From: Azolla caroliniana | Lineage: Eukaryota > Plantae > Polypodiophyta | DNA: 64,000 nt | Direction: 5' to 3' | Assembly: GCA_043228905.1 (NCBI GenBank) | Contig: JBHGNT010000006.1 | Span: forward strand, 16,120,001 to 16,184,000 | Shown: positions 62,689-64,000 of the stretch, piece after piece | Position numbering within the stretch: position 1 is the first letter of the stretch | How the letters are laid out: each line of letters begins with the position of its first letter | Notes under the pieces: model-generated | The model's input: the letters and a program-made list of their open reading frames with translations, nothing else | What the model was told of the DNA's origin: nothing | Database searches by the model: none | Made by a program: the position numbers and the translations under genes

Positions 62689-63934
62689 TTTTGGGAAACA
62701 AGTCCCTCCAGATGGGATGCTTTGCACAGCCGGATCCGGATGACGAACCGTTTCGGCCGAAAGACATTCAACACGAATCCCGAATCCCAATCCATAACCC
62801 CTATAGTGCATAAGTATAAATACACTTAGGGCTAACATGTGTGTGTATCATTAGAGAGCTAAAGATCGTTGTATAGAGTGGAATATCAGAGCGAGAAAAG
62901 AGATAGTGTCTGAGTAATTGTCGGTTAGATGAAGAAGAGCTCGAGGTTATTGCCTTCGAGTGTCCTTGTACACTCTCCTCATTTAGTGGAACGGTTCCGA
63001 GCATGTGGGCTCCCGTGGTTATTCCCATTACAGGGTTTTCTACATTAACAACTCGTGTCTTTGTGTCAATGTATTGATTTATATTCTCTATTTCTGCTTC
63101 CTTTACTTTTGTGCTCAGAGAATTGGTTGTGGTTGATCCCATATTTGACACTAACTCTAAAAAGTTAGAATGTGAACGGATACAAGTTAAAAGCTAAATG
63201 AATTTGCATCTTCCAAGTGTCCTTGGATCTCTTTTTTTCCTCTCCCTTACCTATTTCTACATGGTACAAACATGCCAAGAAATAATACCTCGGTATTATT
63301 TCACACTTACCATATCAATAAACTAAATGATAACAGCCATTACATATGGTGTATGACCACGGAAACCTACTTTAACAATATAATTTGTTAACAATCATTA
63401 ATGGTAGAGGGTGAAAGCATGGGAATGGAAACACTATTATAGCTAACATGTAGCAGACATCCTCAAGTCTAATTAGGTATTATTTTCGCTAATATTTAGT
63501 GGGCAAATCTTAAAGATAGATATAATTTATTATGGGACGAAAATATGGGAACGAACAGAGGGTTTTATGCACTCATGTTTTTGCCTTTAATGTCAATATA
63601 TTGCCATACTAATGCCAACGCACAACCAATTCCCTCTTCATCTACATATGAATCAATTAAAACGAAGAAGCTACGATGGCGAATCAAGGGGGCATGTAAG
63701 ACTAACATTGACATGGACATGGTCGTCGATCGTTGGGAGGTTACACCCTATTGAGAATCAAACTCAACTTCTCATGGAGAAAGTGTTCACACTAGTCAGT
63801 GGACATCATACTAGGCTAGTTTTGTAATTAGTAGAAAGGGCACTTGCCCTAGATCATTTGGTATTTAAACCAACCTTTTGTAACATAGTTACTATTGGAT
63901 GTAATCTATCTGTTTACGAATACAACTTCTTGTT

Positions 63935-63938
<4 letters not shown>

Positions 63939-63986
<48 letters not shown>

Positions 63987-63996
63987 CTCTCTCTCT
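63939..63996. repeat. (CT)n microsatellite
   Basis: Direct reading of the sequence. Confidence 0.95.
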
Positions 63997-64000
63997 TTCA

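Larger units (their letters stand above)
50410..63150 (+). mobile_element. Old Ty1/copia element E (related to B) carrying three insertions
   Basis: TSD CTAAC at 50405-50409 and 63151-63155. Visibly diverged LTRs 50410-50912 and 62689-63150. PBS TGGTATTAGAG 50916-50926. gag 50957-51302 resumes at 57107; pol remnants to about 62680. Confidence 0.92.

Overview
Eukaryotic, most likely non-seed land-plant (fern-like) genomic DNA. It is dominated by nested transposable elements whose borders can be read from LTR termini, PBS/PPT and target-site duplications (TSDs). Region 1-31.5 kb is one Ty1/copia element interrupted by a second copia (685-30144). That second element hosts two more copias, an intact young chromovirus-type gypsy (9233-14897) and a LINE, and the LINE is itself split by another copia. 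Region 32-42 kb holds truncated gypsy and copia remnants, followed by a hAT transposase ORF with its catalytic motifs intact (42904-45150) and the only clear host gene, an intronless PPR gene (45841-48045). The most unusual object is a 5.8-kb insertion (51303-57106) in the gag of an old copia (50410-63150). It is bounded by TCAA direct repeats and a subterminal hairpin and has no recognisable transposase. It carries a six-exon gene for a ParB/Srx-like domain fused to a prokaryote-type beta-class amino (N6A/N4C) DNA methyltransferase. Intron 1 of that gene contains a regularly spaced array of 25-bp palindromes whose spacers recur in both orientations. All calls are by eye from the sequence and the ORF track; no database searches were run.
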